Under the pieces are notes generated by a model, which was given only the letters and a program-made list of their open reading frames with translations, was not told the origin of the DNA and made no database searches. A DNA stretch of 64,000 nucleotides from Andalucia godoyi And28 (lineage: Eukaryota > Protista > Jakobida): positions 380,724 through 444,723 of the forward strand of contig VRVR01000002.1 in NCBI GenBank assembly GCA_009859145.1, in the 5' to 3' direction. Every line of letters begins with the position of its first letter. Position 1 is the first letter of the stretch. This document shows positions 29,331 to 40,322 of this stretch, one piece after another. The position numbers were made by a program, and so were the translations under genes.

Positions 29331-30899
29331 CTATTGCTTGTCAGAGTGGCTTTTCCATTCATCAAGAGAATCCAGATCGTCTGAAATCTCCGGAATCACA
29401 TCGTCAAAGTCGTCCATGTCGTCATAGTACTCTGGATAGTGCTCTTCATCGACATCATCACTGTCCTCCTCATCGCTGTTCTTGCCCGGTTCTCGAATAT
29501 ATAGTGCTCTGGGAGTCCTCGAGGCTGAATACTGATCCAGACCGCTTTCGAATTCTCCTCCGTCGTCTTGGATATCTGCAGATGTTGAAGAATCTGCAGA
29601 TGTTTCAGATCCTGGGATAGCATCCGGTGTTTCTGCAGTCGACAAGCCTTGTCTATCTCGATGATTCTTGTGGGTTTGCGACTGGGGGCCCTGGAGCAGA
29701 TCTCCGACTTGTCTTTGCCCCAACACAGCAGCAGCAACAGCAGCCTCACCGTGGTGCTGCTGGCTCTGGTACGTCTTCCGCGTGCTATCATGGAGAAGCC
29801 ATCGCTGATGTTGCAGAAACTGTGCAAACTTTGAGTTGCGCATGCTTCCCAGTTTTTTGCTGGAGCTACCACTGCCATTTGAAAGTATTCGAGGAGTTGT
29901 GTTCTTTGCGTACAGCATTTTCGGACGCGCAGGATTGAAAGTGAGGTTTCGAGTTGCGTGCCCGTGGCTTTGGTAATCATCTTCCTGCTGCATCGACCCC
30001 AAGTTGCGCGGACCCGAACGATTTGGACTGACGAACGACGTTGCTGACGTAGTTGTCGACTGCGGTGCTGTTGCAGCTGTCTGAGCGTTTGCGTTCCTCT
30101 GTGGATGCTGCAAAACCGGCGATTCTGTGGGCAGTGGATCGTGCAACCTTGATGGATGTGGAGTGCTGGGGTTCTTGGGCAATGCAACACCTGGTGGTTG
30201 CAGCGTGGTAGCGCTCAGAAAGTTTGCTTCCATTTGCAAGTCCCAATCCCGCGTACCATGATCATTGTTGTGGTTGCTGCTGTGATTGCTATTTGATCCT
30301 TGCCAACTCGGATTCGAATGGCCGAGTCTTGTTCCGCCTTCTGTGCGCAGTTTGCGCGTTGAACTAAGTGACGACACCGTTTCCCGCGCTGGAACTGACA
30401 GGTTGCCTCGTGAAGCCATCATCAGGCGCTGCTGTGGGTTCTTCATTCCTTGGTTGCCGTTCGATGCTCGCCGTGCTTCTGCCGGCTGATGCTGCTGATG
30501 ATGATGCGTACCGAATTGCTGGCTGCCTTCGTATCGTAAATCATGGACCATTCTCTCGAGCTGTGCAACTCGATAGATGAGATATTCACGCTCTTGGTCC
30601 GCAGTCGGTCGCTTGAACTTCCTGATGCCAAGCTTGGTCTGCTCGGCGAACGTCTCCACGAGGTACCGGGCCTTTTGCAAATTAAGGTACGGAGACCCCG
30701 GCACCTGGCGAGCCCATAGTTCAAGAAGCGACAAGTCTTGCAAGACTCCAACCATCAGTCTTTGCGCGTCCTGTTTGCGCTGCTCATACGCCGGTGGAGA
30801 CGTCATCGAGGATGACGATGACAACGACGACGAAGATGACGATCCCACCTTGACCATCGAGATTCCCGATCCGGTTACGGAAGTCGATGCGATCGACAT
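29331..30899 (-). CDS. Hypothetical low-complexity protein, ~522 aa
   Basis: Long ORF with a short helical N-terminal region and a Q/S/H-rich and acidic tail; no family recognised. Confidence 0.65.
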   Translation of the reverse strand: MSIASTSVTGSGISMVKVGSSSSSSLSSSSSMTSPPAYEQRKQDAQRLMVGVLQDLSLLELWARQVPGSPYLNLQKARYLVETFAEQTKLGIRKFKRPTADQEREYLIYRVAQLERMVHDLRYEGSQQFGTHHHQQHQPAEARRASNGNQGMKNPQQRLMMASRGNLSVPARETVSSLSSTRKLRTEGGTRLGHSNPSWQGSNSNHSSNHNNDHGTRDWDLQMEANFLSATTLQPPGVALPKNPSTPHPSRLHDPLPTESPVLQHPQRNANAQTAATAPQSTTTSATSFVSPNRSGPRNLGSMQQEDDYQSHGHATRNLTFNPARPKMLYAKNTTPRILSNGSGSSSKKLGSMRNSKFAQFLQHQRWLLHDSTRKTYQSQQHHGEAAVAAAVLGQRQVGDLLQGPQSQTHKNHRDRQGLSTAETPDAIPGSETSADSSTSADIQDDGGEFESGLDQYSASRTPRALYIREPGKNSDEEDSDDVDEEHYPEYYDDMDDFDDVIPEISDDLDSLDEWKSHSDKQ

Positions 30900-31254
30900 T
30901 CTTTGCGTACTTTCCTCGGATAATCCGCAGAAAATGCCTAAGACTGCCTTTTTTATTGGCAATAATAATTGATCGTAGTAATTCTTGGTTTTCGTTTGTG
31001 CCGTTTGTCGGTGGCCAAAGTTCCGAACCGTCGTAATTAAAAAAAGAACTACATGCGCCAGAGGCTATGCAGATGTAAATAAAATGAAAGCAAGAGCAAG
31101 AAAGCAAAGAAAAATGTGTCTAATCGCGCTGATTTATTACGAGAGAAAACACAGGGCAGGAAAACCATCCATCCATCTTCAATGGAGAAAACAGTCGAGA
31201 AACAAATGAGAATCCGCGCCACACAAAATCATGTGCCTGGACATCCAACGATGT

Positions 31255-31708
31255 TTAGATGTTCAGCTTGGTTCGTCGCCAGTTGCGTCGCTTTGCATTG
31301 TAGCTGTACGAGAGAAAGAAAAAGAAGGGGAAAAGCGTGTTAGAAACCCGATTTCGGAGAACAGAAAAAAAGGAAAAGGGAAGAAAAAAAAATAGATCAA
31401 CGAACAACCGATCGAGACTCGCATGGTGTCAACAATCGCAATGTAGAATATCTGCGAAAAGCAGCACAGTTGTTTCGCGTAATCCACTGCCTTCATGAAA
31501 TTCAAGATAAACCACGAAAAGCCGGAACAGAGTGTTCGAAAGAGAAAGAATGAAAAGAAAGGGAGAGAGAGAGAGAGAGAGAGAGACGAGGAATGACATA
31601 CCGGATGGTGTTGTCCGTACGAAGGCGGATCCAATAAGGAAGAGGACGGTTCTGGCGGGCCTTCTTGGCGAGCTTGGTCTTGATCTTGAATGACTTGATC
31701 GACGGCAT
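31255..31708 (-). CDS. RPL39: 60S ribosomal protein eL39; join(31708..31602,31303..31255), 51 aa
   Basis: [36 protein letters not shown]|[15 protein letters not shown]; 298-bp GTATGT...TACAG intron gives exactly 51 aa. Confidence 0.96.
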
Positions 31709-31847
31709 GTCTGATAGTATGGCAGATAACACAAGCAAACAGAAGGAGAGAAAGGAACAGAGTGGAAAAAGAATCACAAACAAGCACTCAGAGAGAGAGA
31801 GAGAGGAAAAGTTTTGGAAAAAAGTAGGGGCCAATTGGGGAAATGGT

Positions 31848-32106
31848 AACCCTAGATCGTAGCAACAAGCACAGGGGAAAAAGAAAGGGTGCCTCTTGAA
31901 GGGAAAAATAAAAAAAACAACAGCAGTGCACCAGAAACCCTAACGACTGAAGATCCGGCAAGTTGTGTGTTTGGACAAAATTTCATTATGCAAACAACCG
32001 ACTTTGTTTACGGAGCATTGTCTATCGTGCTAACCCTACCTTCCGGCCCAGGCTTCTGTGAAGATCCAATTGTTTCAATTGGGATCACGTTTTGCAAACA
32101 ACCCTA
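31848..32106. promoter_or_regulatory. Telo-box-like (AACCCTA x4) cluster plus site-II-like GGCCCA in the RPL39/RPS30 bidirectional promoter
   Basis: AACCCTA at 31848, 31936 (within AAACCCTAA 31935-31943), 32032 and 32100; GGCCCA at 32045. Confidence 0.6.
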
Positions 32107-32232
32107 CCCATTTAGCAATTGTCTGATTGCTCAATTCTCCTTGAATGGAATTGTTCTTTCGGTTTTCTTTCCCTTTTCTCGTTTCGTTCCTTCTCTCTTC
32201 TTTGCTTGTCGGATATTTCCATATAATTAAGC

Positions 32233-32424
32233 ATGGGTAAGGTTCACGGCTCTCTCGCTCGTGCCGGTAAGGTTCGCGGCCAAACTCCCAAGGTTGAAAA
32301 GGCCGAGAAGCACCGTTCCGCCACTGGACGTGCCAAGAAGCGTCTCGCCTACAATCGCCGTTTCACCAACGTCGTCATCGGACCCGGAGGAAAGAAGCGC
32401 GGCATGAACCCTCAGTCCGTCTAA
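32233..32424 (+). CDS. RPS30: 40S ribosomal protein eS30 (no ubiquitin-like fusion), 63 aa
   Basis: [23 protein letters not shown]...[13 protein letters not shown]. Confidence 0.97.
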   Translation: MGKVHGSLARAGKVRGQTPKVEKAEKHRSATGRAKKRLAYNRRFTNVVIGPGGKKRGMNPQSV

Positions 32425-32808
32425 ATGCGAAATGAAGAGAAATGAGGCTGATATTTCACAGAAAGAAGAAACAAGTAGCTCTATTTTTCCCCATCTCCTC
32501 CATGCCTAACGGAGAAGCTTGATGGATGTTTTCCCCTTTTCGCTGATAATGTCTGTTGCGTTTTTTCTCCCAAAGTATGGTGGATGTGTTTAGAAAGTGT
32601 ATTCCATTTTATAACTAGCCCTTATTAATTCATTTAATCCATTTCCTTTGTGCATCTACTCGCATCCTCTACACTACCACACCGGAATGCATGCCCTGAC
32701 GCACACGCACACGCACACGCACAAAACAGGGCGGTCTTATGTACCATGATTTTTATCATTCTTCCAACCATCGTCACACAAACCCCTTGGAGGGGGGGGG
32801 GGGGGTCC

Positions 32809-34590
32809 CTACTCGTCATCTGAATTGGAATCGTCGAGCTTGACGAGAGGCACCAGAGCGATGCCGGCCTTTGCACGTTTGCACACTTCCCATCTTCCCA
32901 GCCGGTGCTCTTTGCCAGTAGCAGCGACCGCAAACCTTCCATCCCTGGCAAAAGCGATTGAATTGATCCATCCGTCGACTGCAATGCGATGCACGTCCTG
33001 GACAATGCGGTCCTTCTGCGCATCGACTCGATGGAAACGCAGCCAGCCGTCATCTGACCCCGTCGCCACCAAATCCGAACCACGCAAGCACGCGACCGAC
33101 GCGATCCATCCCTCGTTCCTCTTGTTTTGTTCTCCAAGCTGGCTCTCAAAGTGCACATTCGGGATCGAGTCCAGCGGTCGGCGCTTGGCAACGGACCACA
33201 GCTGCACAGAGCGCGCCTGTCCCGCAGCAACGAACCGCGTCTCGTTGAAGAACGCCAGCGCGTCAATCGATGCCACAGGTTGTGGTGCATCGAACTGCAG
33301 CTGCGTCTCTTCAGCAAGTCTCCACAGCCGCACCGAGGCATCTCCACCGCCCGACAAGCACCTACCATCTCCACTGCCTGTGCCCCCTCCACCACTGGCA
33401 TTGCTGTTGAGCACATCGAGCGCGTGAACCCCTGCCGCATGCCCATAGAGCGTCTGCATGTACGCAGCATTCGACACGCTCCACACCTTGATGCTGCGAT
33501 CCAGTGACCCCGAGTACAGATCCGCAGATCCCGGCCGGAACGCCAGAGCGCACACGCCGCCTCGATGCCCACGGAGCTCACTGACCACCGCCGACGCCGT
33601 CGATGAAGTGGATGGCAGACGAGTGTCAACGATGCGAATGACCCCATCGGTCGATCCTACACATACGAGATGGGGCTCGGTGGGACACACAGCCACACAT
33701 GTCGCGATGCCAAGCCCTCGAAGGCCGCCAGCCTTACCACTACTCTTATTTTGCATGTTGGCGATGGGAAGAACAAGTCGCTTGACACCATCGTGGTGCG
33801 CCGGCGATGCATCGCGTGAAGCAGAAAAGCGCTCCGAGTCCCAGTGAAGCAACGACCCGTCTTTCCCGACCGAGAAGAACGACCGCGCATCCTCCGTCAG
33901 CGCGACACCGCTGCATGTCGACGTATGACCGCGGCGGAACACCACGTCAGAATCTGCAATCCGCGTCACAGTGTCCGAGTACAATCGTGTCACCTTGCCT
34001 TTGCGCAGCAATATTCTCTCGCGAATCCGTTGCGCTTCTGCATCGCCCCCGTTCACTGCTGAAGTGCCGCTGGTCGCCGAAAAGAAAATGTCATCCGCCA
34101 ACTCTCCATCTAAATCTGTCTCGATTCGCACGCGCTGCCGCTGCTGATGCTTATTGTTTTTTCTGCCCTTCCCCATATCCACCTCGTCGTCCTCGCCCTC
34201 CACTTGGTCTTGTTCTTCCTCGGCGTCGCCATTCTCATGTTGCTGCGGGTGAGAAAAGGACTTTTTGGAGAAGAAACGGTCGGACGATGCGAGATACGCT
34301 TTTCCGATACGGGCTCTGCGTTCCTTTTCATCTTCCTTGGCATCCACCCCGAGAGCCGATAGCGCGCTCACTGCGTCACTCGGCTGTGACCCCTGCTGAG
34401 ATTGCAGTGCACGATGCTTGAAGCGCTTCGACGCGCCTCCTGCAGACTCGTCATCGGAGCCCAGAATCTCGTCCACCTTGCTGCGCTTCTTCAATCGCCC
34501 ATGTCCCTGACTCTGACTATGGCTATGACTTTGATGTGTCGTGCTGTGACTCTTGTGGTGACTGCTACTTTGTCCGCGCTTTCGCATCAT
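32809..34590 (-). CDS. RRP9: U3 snoRNP-associated WD40 protein RRP9/U3-55K, 593 aa
   Basis: Basic/acidic N-terminus; WD repeats (RRGHTSTCSGVAL, LYSGSLDRSIKVW, YMQTLYGH, DASVRLWRLAEETQLQF, WIASVACLRGSDLVATGS); C-terminal GKEHRLGRW. Confidence 0.92.
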   Translation of the reverse strand: MMRKRGQSSSHHKSHSTTHQSHSHSQSQGHGRLKKRSKVDEILGSDDESAGGASKRFKHRALQSQQGSQPSDAVSALSALGVDAKEDEKERRARIGKAYLASSDRFFSKKSFSHPQQHENGDAEEEQDQVEGEDDEVDMGKGRKNNKHQQRQRVRIETDLDGELADDIFFSATSGTSAVNGGDAEAQRIRERILLRKGKVTRLYSDTVTRIADSDVVFRRGHTSTCSGVALTEDARSFFSVGKDGSLLHWDSERFSASRDASPAHHDGVKRLVLPIANMQNKSSGKAGGLRGLGIATCVAVCPTEPHLVCVGSTDGVIRIVDTRLPSTSSTASAVVSELRGHRGGVCALAFRPGSADLYSGSLDRSIKVWSVSNAAYMQTLYGHAAGVHALDVLNSNASGGGGTGSGDGRCLSGGGDASVRLWRLAEETQLQFDAPQPVASIDALAFFNETRFVAAGQARSVQLWSVAKRRPLDSIPNVHFESQLGEQNKRNEGWIASVACLRGSDLVATGSDDGWLRFHRVDAQKDRIVQDVHRIAVDGWINSIAFARDGRFAVAATGKEHRLGRWEVCKRAKAGIALVPLVKLDDSNSDDE

Positions 34591-35025
34591 CTTTTTCTTT
34601 CTATCCGTTCTTCGTCTCCGTCTTTGCCTCTTTTTCTTTTTCTAATCTACAGACAAGCTTGGAACAATGCCCGTTTTTTTCTTCTATATCTGTGGCTTCC
34701 TCTCGTCCTTCTCTTCAATAATACAACCTGATAAAAGAAGCAGAGGGGGAAAAAAAATCATAATACAAAACCAAACAACACCCAGCAATATCAAAATGAC
34801 CAAGCATTCGGATCAGAATGACGATAATAATTGCACCTTTTGACATTTTTCGCACAGGCAATAGCGAAAGTTATGTCAAATGATAGCATTGTAGCATCAC
34901 TGTCTCAATTTTTGCCAAGTGTGGGAAAACGAAAGGTGCACTACGACCGGCTGGGCATCCGAAGAAGTGCAAATTGTGCCTTGATTATGGAGTTTGGAGC
35001 TTCTTTGGAAGTTGGCAGTTATTTG

Positions 35026-35059
<34 letters not shown>

Positions 35060-35411
35060 CGCATGCGTGCGGAGAATGACAAGTCGAAGAAGTCTGCTGC
35101 GATCGGTTTATTCATTTGGAGTAAACAACCAGTTTCAATGTGGTCATTTTGAACAGCCGGTCTATGTATGTAGCCCGCAGAACCTTCCGATTTCCGACAC
35201 TGAGTTAAAAAGAGAAAAAAAGGATGACTAATTCTGGGAATGTGACGAGGAGTTACTAAAGTATGTACTGAAGCGTATGCGCATTGAGAATTATTTTTTA
35301 TAGGAGCCGACGCGAGTTGAAACGGGACCTGAGGGGAGCGTGGAATCTGCATACGCAGGACACTACTTCTCCATTGCACGCGTCGTTCGGCACGGTTTGC
35401 AGAGCCATGAG

Positions 35412-36644
35412 ATGCTTGGTGCAGCTTGGATGGGGTTTGGAGAGGCGATGGAAGGCCAAGCGATGGTTCCGAGTCTCAGAGACACTGTGGCGCCTTTGAC
35501 GATCCCACATGTTCCGCCATTCATCTCGCAGATCTTTCCAAGCCGATTTCACACAATTGCGATTTCGCGTATGCAGTCATTTTTATCCCCGTTGCCCTTT
35601 CTTCTCGTTTTATGTTTCCTTGCATTCTCGGGCAAACAAAGGGGGAAAAAACAAAAAAACAACCAGCAAACGCAAGTTGTAGTATCAGTAACGAGGATGT
35701 TGCTAACCATAACAAACAATGACCATGACGGAGGCGATGTAGAAAAGGGACGGGCGTACAGCTGTGGAGCGTCAAGCTTGGAGGGAATGAGTCCGTTGGG
35801 CACTGGAAGAGGGAGCCCTGGAGGACCTCTTCTACGTCGGATCTTCCTATCAGGATCTGCGACCCCGGAGTTCCGCTCGGCTGCGTCAGAAACGTTGGCA
35901 GAGGAAGAAGGGGGAAATGAAGAGGAGCGCGTCAAGACGGCTGCTGTCGGATGGGGCCACACGTTGTTGCTGACGACGACGGGTCAGCTGTATTCGCACG
36001 GCGTGAATCTGGAAGGGCAGCTGTTCCGTCCGCGATGTGCATATGATGCAGTGCCGGGAAAAGTGACGTTGCCGTACGGACTGCATGGCGTATCGCACGT
36101 GGCATGTGGATTGGACCACTCGCTTGCGGTGTGCAGCATGGACAACAGTTTGTGGGTATGCGGACTGAACACACATGGTCAGCTGGGACTTGGGCACACG
36201 GCACGATCGGAAATGGCGAAGGTCCCGTTTTCATTCAGCGGGAAAATCATCGATGTGGTTGCGGGATGGGAACACTCGTTCGTGCGCACGGACACAGGCG
36301 ACATTTATGCGTTTGGATGGAACGATTCGCATCGACTGGGTCTCGGAGAAAGTGGGAATCGAACGGAAGACGCCGCGGTGAGCGTTCCCGAAAAAGTAGA
36401 CTTGACAGAGGTAGAAGGGAACGTCGTGAAAATCGCAACAGGAAGGGCACATTCGCTGCTGCTAACGGACCGAGGAACTGTGTATGCGTGGGGTCTTGGG
36501 AAGGCCGGCCGGCTGGGGACAGGTGAGCTGGGAGTCGTCAGCAGGCCGACGGAAGTATGGACACTCAGCCACCTCATTGCAGTCGACATTGCGTGCGGCC
36601 TCGACCACTCACTTGTTATTGCCCACGACCGCGATTCTTCGTAA
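35412..36644 (+). CDS. RCC1-repeat protein; probable in-frame intron 35569..35682
   Basis: RCC1 repeats (VGWGHTLLLTTTGQLYSHG, VACGLDHSLAV, LWVCGLNTHGQLGLG, AGWEHSFV, ATGRAHSLLLTDRGTVYAWG). An upstream repeat (QIFPSRFHTIAIS) is separated by a GTATGC...TGTAG segment that translates like intron sequence. Confidence 0.8.
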   Translation: MLGAAWMGFGEAMEGQAMVPSLRDTVAPLTIPHVPPFISQIFPSRFHTIAISRMQSFLSPLPFLLVLCFLAFSGKQRGKKQKNNQQTQVVVSVTRMLLTITNNDHDGGDVEKGRAYSCGASSLEGMSPLGTGRGSPGGPLLRRIFLSGSATPEFRSAASETLAEEEGGNEEERVKTAAVGWGHTLLLTTTGQLYSHGVNLEGQLFRPRCAYDAVPGKVTLPYGLHGVSHVACGLDHSLAVCSMDNSLWVCGLNTHGQLGLGHTARSEMAKVPFSFSGKIIDVVAGWEHSFVRTDTGDIYAFGWNDSHRLGLGESGNRTEDAAVSVPEKVDLTEVEGNVVKIATGRAHSLLLTDRGTVYAWGLGKAGRLGTGELGVVSRPTEVWTLSHLIAVDIACGLDHSLVIAHDRDSS

Positions 36645-36743
36645 ACATTATGTTACAATGGAGCAACAAACACCGCTTTCCCCCCATAGATCGATTGGCT
36701 CTCTCGATCGCATAGCAACAACAGAATGCGGCCTTGTCAGATA

Positions 36744-38291
36744 TCATCGATGGACAGCTATGATGGTACCGAGGACGAGCATCGCTGAAGCCGTGTTGAT
36801 GCGCAGTGGCTTGACGGCAGGTGCAACAGAAAAAGTATGAGGAGGAGGGTTAGAGCAGCTCAGGAATGAAGCATTGGTGAAGGCAGCCCAGCGCTCGAGA
36901 AACTGGAACCGAGTGTTGCACTCTGATATCCGAGCATCGGCCTCGGAAAGGGGACGAAAGTGTCGTGGTTGATGGAGGAGATGCTGGGAGAGCGCGTTTC
37001 GAGAATCCACCAGAGACACACGCAGAGCTCGGAGACGCGATGCCACCAAAACCACTCGGGTTTCGATTTGCATCGCACACTCGGGCCATGGAAGTCGACT
37101 CAGCGGTGCTGCAAGAAAGGTTGAAAATGCAAGAAAGCGATCGTCGAGGAATCCAAACTCGTCCGAGTCCAGAATGATAACCAGCACATCCAGCGGAAAG
37201 AACCACTGCAATCTCGCACCGGTTTCCGGCCGCTGAGAGGCCACCACGCTGTGCGGTGGTGGCGATAGACACTGAAACGGATCGGGGGCAGAGGACCGTA
37301 GAGCAGAACGGATGCACTGACGCGATCGAAGGATGCATCGTGCACCCCACTTCTTCACAAGCGCAGCTGCACGTGGACCGACCGTGAACAACGCCAGAAG
37401 ATATGCCATCCCAATGGACAGCAATTGCAACGGATGCGCTTGCTCGTGCTCATGATCTTGCTCATGCACCGGATATCTTGATTGCTGTGGGCGTTGGTGG
37501 AAAGGTCCGACAAGGGACAGAAGCAAGGGAGAGTTGACAAATTCGTGCAGGACGCACGACGCAAGGACCGAAGAAAAGGGGTGCGAACGCGAAACCAGAG
37601 CCTGTGCGCACGTAGAAATTGAGTCATACTCAGCCTTGCAAAAGGCGCTCAGTGGTCGCCGAGACTGAAACCACGCCGAATACATGATTCTGAGGTCCGG
37701 ATGGGTAAGCCATCGGTCCGTGTTCACGGACACGAGCAATCGGTCGAGAGCAGAAAGTGCGTTGGACGAAGGAAACGCAAGGTACGAAGCACTAGACACC
37801 AATGTCTGACGCACACGATCGGGCCACAGCGAATGCAACGGAGCTATAGCGCGACTGGTGGAGCCGTCGGGGCGGTGTTGTTGTTGCTGCTCCAAGCTGC
37901 GTAGCCGGTGTTCCATCGAGATGAGTCCCAGGTGGCAGAGCGAATGCTGGGCACTTACGAACCACGGCCGATACGTGTGGAATCGGAAGCGGGCGACAAG
38001 AATGTGATGAGATACAGGCGAATCAATCTTGCAATTCACGCAGTCGGAAACACACAATCTGTACAAAGCTTGTGTTAGAAATGCAAACTGCTCGGGAAAC
38101 AAGGGCTGCAAGCGGCTCCATTGCAACAGGAGGGAAACACAGGTGGACAAAAACGGCCCGGTTTCGCGCTCGCTCGCAAACAATATGGAATCATTCAGGT
38201 TGGCTTCATGCAGTCCAGCAATCCATGATTGGACCGCAGCGTGGAATCGATCGGTTCGTTGATACAACTCTAGGATTCCAGTACGCATCAT
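36744..38291 (-). CDS. Hypothetical protein, ~515 aa
   Basis: Long ORF from ATG 38291 (MMRTGILELY); the upstream extension is microsatellite; no family recognised. Confidence 0.65.
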   Translation of the reverse strand: MMRTGILELYQRTDRFHAAVQSWIAGLHEANLNDSILFASERETGPFLSTCVSLLLQWSRLQPLFPEQFAFLTQALYRLCVSDCVNCKIDSPVSHHILVARFRFHTYRPWFVSAQHSLCHLGLISMEHRLRSLEQQQQHRPDGSTSRAIAPLHSLWPDRVRQTLVSSASYLAFPSSNALSALDRLLVSVNTDRWLTHPDLRIMYSAWFQSRRPLSAFCKAEYDSISTCAQALVSRSHPFSSVLASCVLHEFVNSPLLLSLVGPFHQRPQQSRYPVHEQDHEHEQAHPLQLLSIGMAYLLALFTVGPRAAALVKKWGARCILRSRQCIRSALRSSAPDPFQCLSPPPHSVVASQRPETGARLQWFFPLDVLVIILDSDEFGFLDDRFLAFSTFLAAPLSRLPWPECAMQIETRVVLVASRLRALRVSLVDSRNALSQHLLHQPRHFRPLSEADARISECNTRFQFLERWAAFTNASFLSCSNPPPHTFSVAPAVKPLRINTASAMLVLGTIIAVHR

Positions 38292-38818
38292 CACCACCAC
38301 CACGAAGTACACGAACCACAAGACGAAACCAACAAGCGCATTTGTATTTCTTCTTTCTTTCTTTCTTTTCGTTTCGTTTCGTTCTTCCGTCTTTTCCCTC
38401 TTCTGCTTCTTGTGTTTGTGCTTGTGTTTGTGCTTGTGCTTTTTCACTTACACACGCAGATCGTTCAACACGACTTGGAGAATGATCATAAACAAATGAC
38501 ATATTTAGAGAATGCTGGGAAAAGAAAAACTGTACTTCTCAGCTTTCTCTATCTCCGTCGTTCGATTGTTCGTCTAGTCTTTGTCAATTTCCACCTTTTT
38601 GTTTTGTCTCATTATCTATTTATTTATTTAATTTATTATTATCATTATTTTCAAGAAAAAGTCATCTCGTTTGTTGGGTTTAGTGGTGGTGCAGTGAGCC
38701 AAGAGAGCGGAGAGGGGTTGTTTGTCCAGTTTTATTCCTTCACCGTACTTGCACGCACCCACATAGACATACATACACACAAAAGGAATCAGATTTTTTT
38801 TTGGGCGTTATTGGGCAA

Positions 38819-40171
38819 ATGACGGTGGACTACAAGAATCTGCTAGCCGATGGAGCGCTTTCTGCCGAGGCAAAGTCGAGACTGTACAGTTCACACGAGC
38901 TGTTCCCGCTTGTGCTTACTGGGTTTACGTGCCCACTGTGCAAGGATTGCGATTGCACATCGACGATGTATGAAGCGGTGGCGATCGCACAGCATTTGGA
39001 ATCAGTTCATCAAATGACGGTTCATCGGCCTAAAACGATTGCCAACTGGGAGGATTACGTGTGCTGGAGGACGTCTTCCGGTGCGCAGAGTTCGGAGCAG
39101 TCAGATGCGCAGTTTAGGGTGCAAATGGTGCAGCGACGACTGGACTTTCTGACGGATCTGCAAGTTCAGCAGCGACAGGAAAGCCGGTACTGGCGGAACT
39201 GTCTGTTCTGCCGCAAGCTGATCACGGGTCGACGTTCCGATCTGTTCGACCACATGCATTCTGAACACAGCTTGCACTCTGGCCATCCGGACAACTTTGT
39301 TCTGGTCGACTGGTTCTTGGATGCGTTGCAAGACCGACTGGAAAAGCTGTGCTGTCCGTACTGCGAAAAGGAATTCCCAGACAGAAAAACACTGCAGTTG
39401 CACATTCGAAAGAAGAAACATGCGAATGTGCATCCGAAGTGCAGGGTGTTTGACAAGTTCTACATGAGATCCTATGTGCTCAAGGATTCCACGGAATCCT
39501 TCTCATCTTCCTCCTCCGGCTCTTCTTCTTCTTCTTGCTCTACTTCATTTGTGTCTACGTCGCTGTCATCAGCATCGTCCAGGCATGAGCAAAGGAAACA
39601 CGCCGTCGTTGAGCCTGGTTGCAGTGACCCTGCAAATTCTCTTCAAAACAGCAGTGGCCAAGGCAGCTACCGGCACAAGAAGAGCCATGATGATAGTGAT
39701 GAAGGCAGCGAGGTTGATGGCGGCAACTATGATGATGATGACGATGACGATGACGGAGGAGAAGATGGAGACGATGGAGACGATGCGGAGGACTTTATTG
39801 ATGAATGGGAGGAGGATGCGTTTGCAGGGCCTGTAGACTGCTGCTTCTGCGGACAGTCGTTGACATCTGTAATCGACTGCGAGGATCATGTCCGGACGGT
39901 TCACAAGATTCGAGAGTTTTGCGAATCCAGCGGCTTTGATGAATATGCGGCAATCAAGCTGATCAACTATTGCAGGCTACGACTTCGAGGCGCGGATGTA
40001 AAGAACGTCATCTGCAAAACAGAACTGAACCTGGTTGACTTGCCCCAGGACGAATGGGACAATGTCCAGTATCTGCTTCCTGTGCAGGACTCTGACCCGC
40101 TTCTTATGATTTGCTGGTTGCCTTCCAACGACGACGACGACCAGCGCTGCGATTGCGTACACCCCGAGTGA
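38819..40171 (+). CDS. ZNF277: ZNF277-like C2H2 zinc-finger protein, 450 aa
   Basis: CLFCRKLITGRRSDLFDHMHSEHSLHSGHPDNFV...CPYCEKEFPDRKTLQLHIRKKKH...FDKFY follows the ZNF277 pattern; C-terminal CCFC...HVRTVH and YLLPVQDSDPLL. Confidence 0.85.
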   Translation: MTVDYKNLLADGALSAEAKSRLYSSHELFPLVLTGFTCPLCKDCDCTSTMYEAVAIAQHLESVHQMTVHRPKTIANWEDYVCWRTSSGAQSSEQSDAQFRVQMVQRRLDFLTDLQVQQRQESRYWRNCLFCRKLITGRRSDLFDHMHSEHSLHSGHPDNFVLVDWFLDALQDRLEKLCCPYCEKEFPDRKTLQLHIRKKKHANVHPKCRVFDKFYMRSYVLKDSTESFSSSSSGSSSSSCSTSFVSTSLSSASSRHEQRKHAVVEPGCSDPANSLQNSSGQGSYRHKKSHDDSDEGSEVDGGNYDDDDDDDDGGEDGDDGDDAEDFIDEWEEDAFAGPVDCCFCGQSLTSVIDCEDHVRTVHKIREFCESSGFDEYAAIKLINYCRLRLRGADVKNVICKTELNLVDLPQDEWDNVQYLLPVQDSDPLLMICWLPSNDDDDQRCDCVHPE

Positions 40172-40322
40172 ACCGTGCGCTGTGTGGCATGCACAAAAAA
40201 AGGGGGACGCAAATCCGAGCCTCTTTCACGTTCGCTTCCATGATATTGTTTCTGCAGTACCGGTAGGTGACATGTGCAGAAGGGGGAGAAGAAAAAAAAA
40301 AACTTTGATCATTTTTTACAGA

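Noticed and set aside
35298-35552. Separate small gene on the minus strand
   Set aside because: It overlaps the plus-strand first exon of the RCC1-repeat gene, which has a recognisable repeat.
8626-40171. Ribosome-biogenesis 'cluster' (IMP3, RPL39, RPS30, RRP9, ZNF277)
   Set aside because: Spread over 31 kb among unrelated genes; compatible with chance in a gene-dense genome apart from the RPL39/RPS30 pair.
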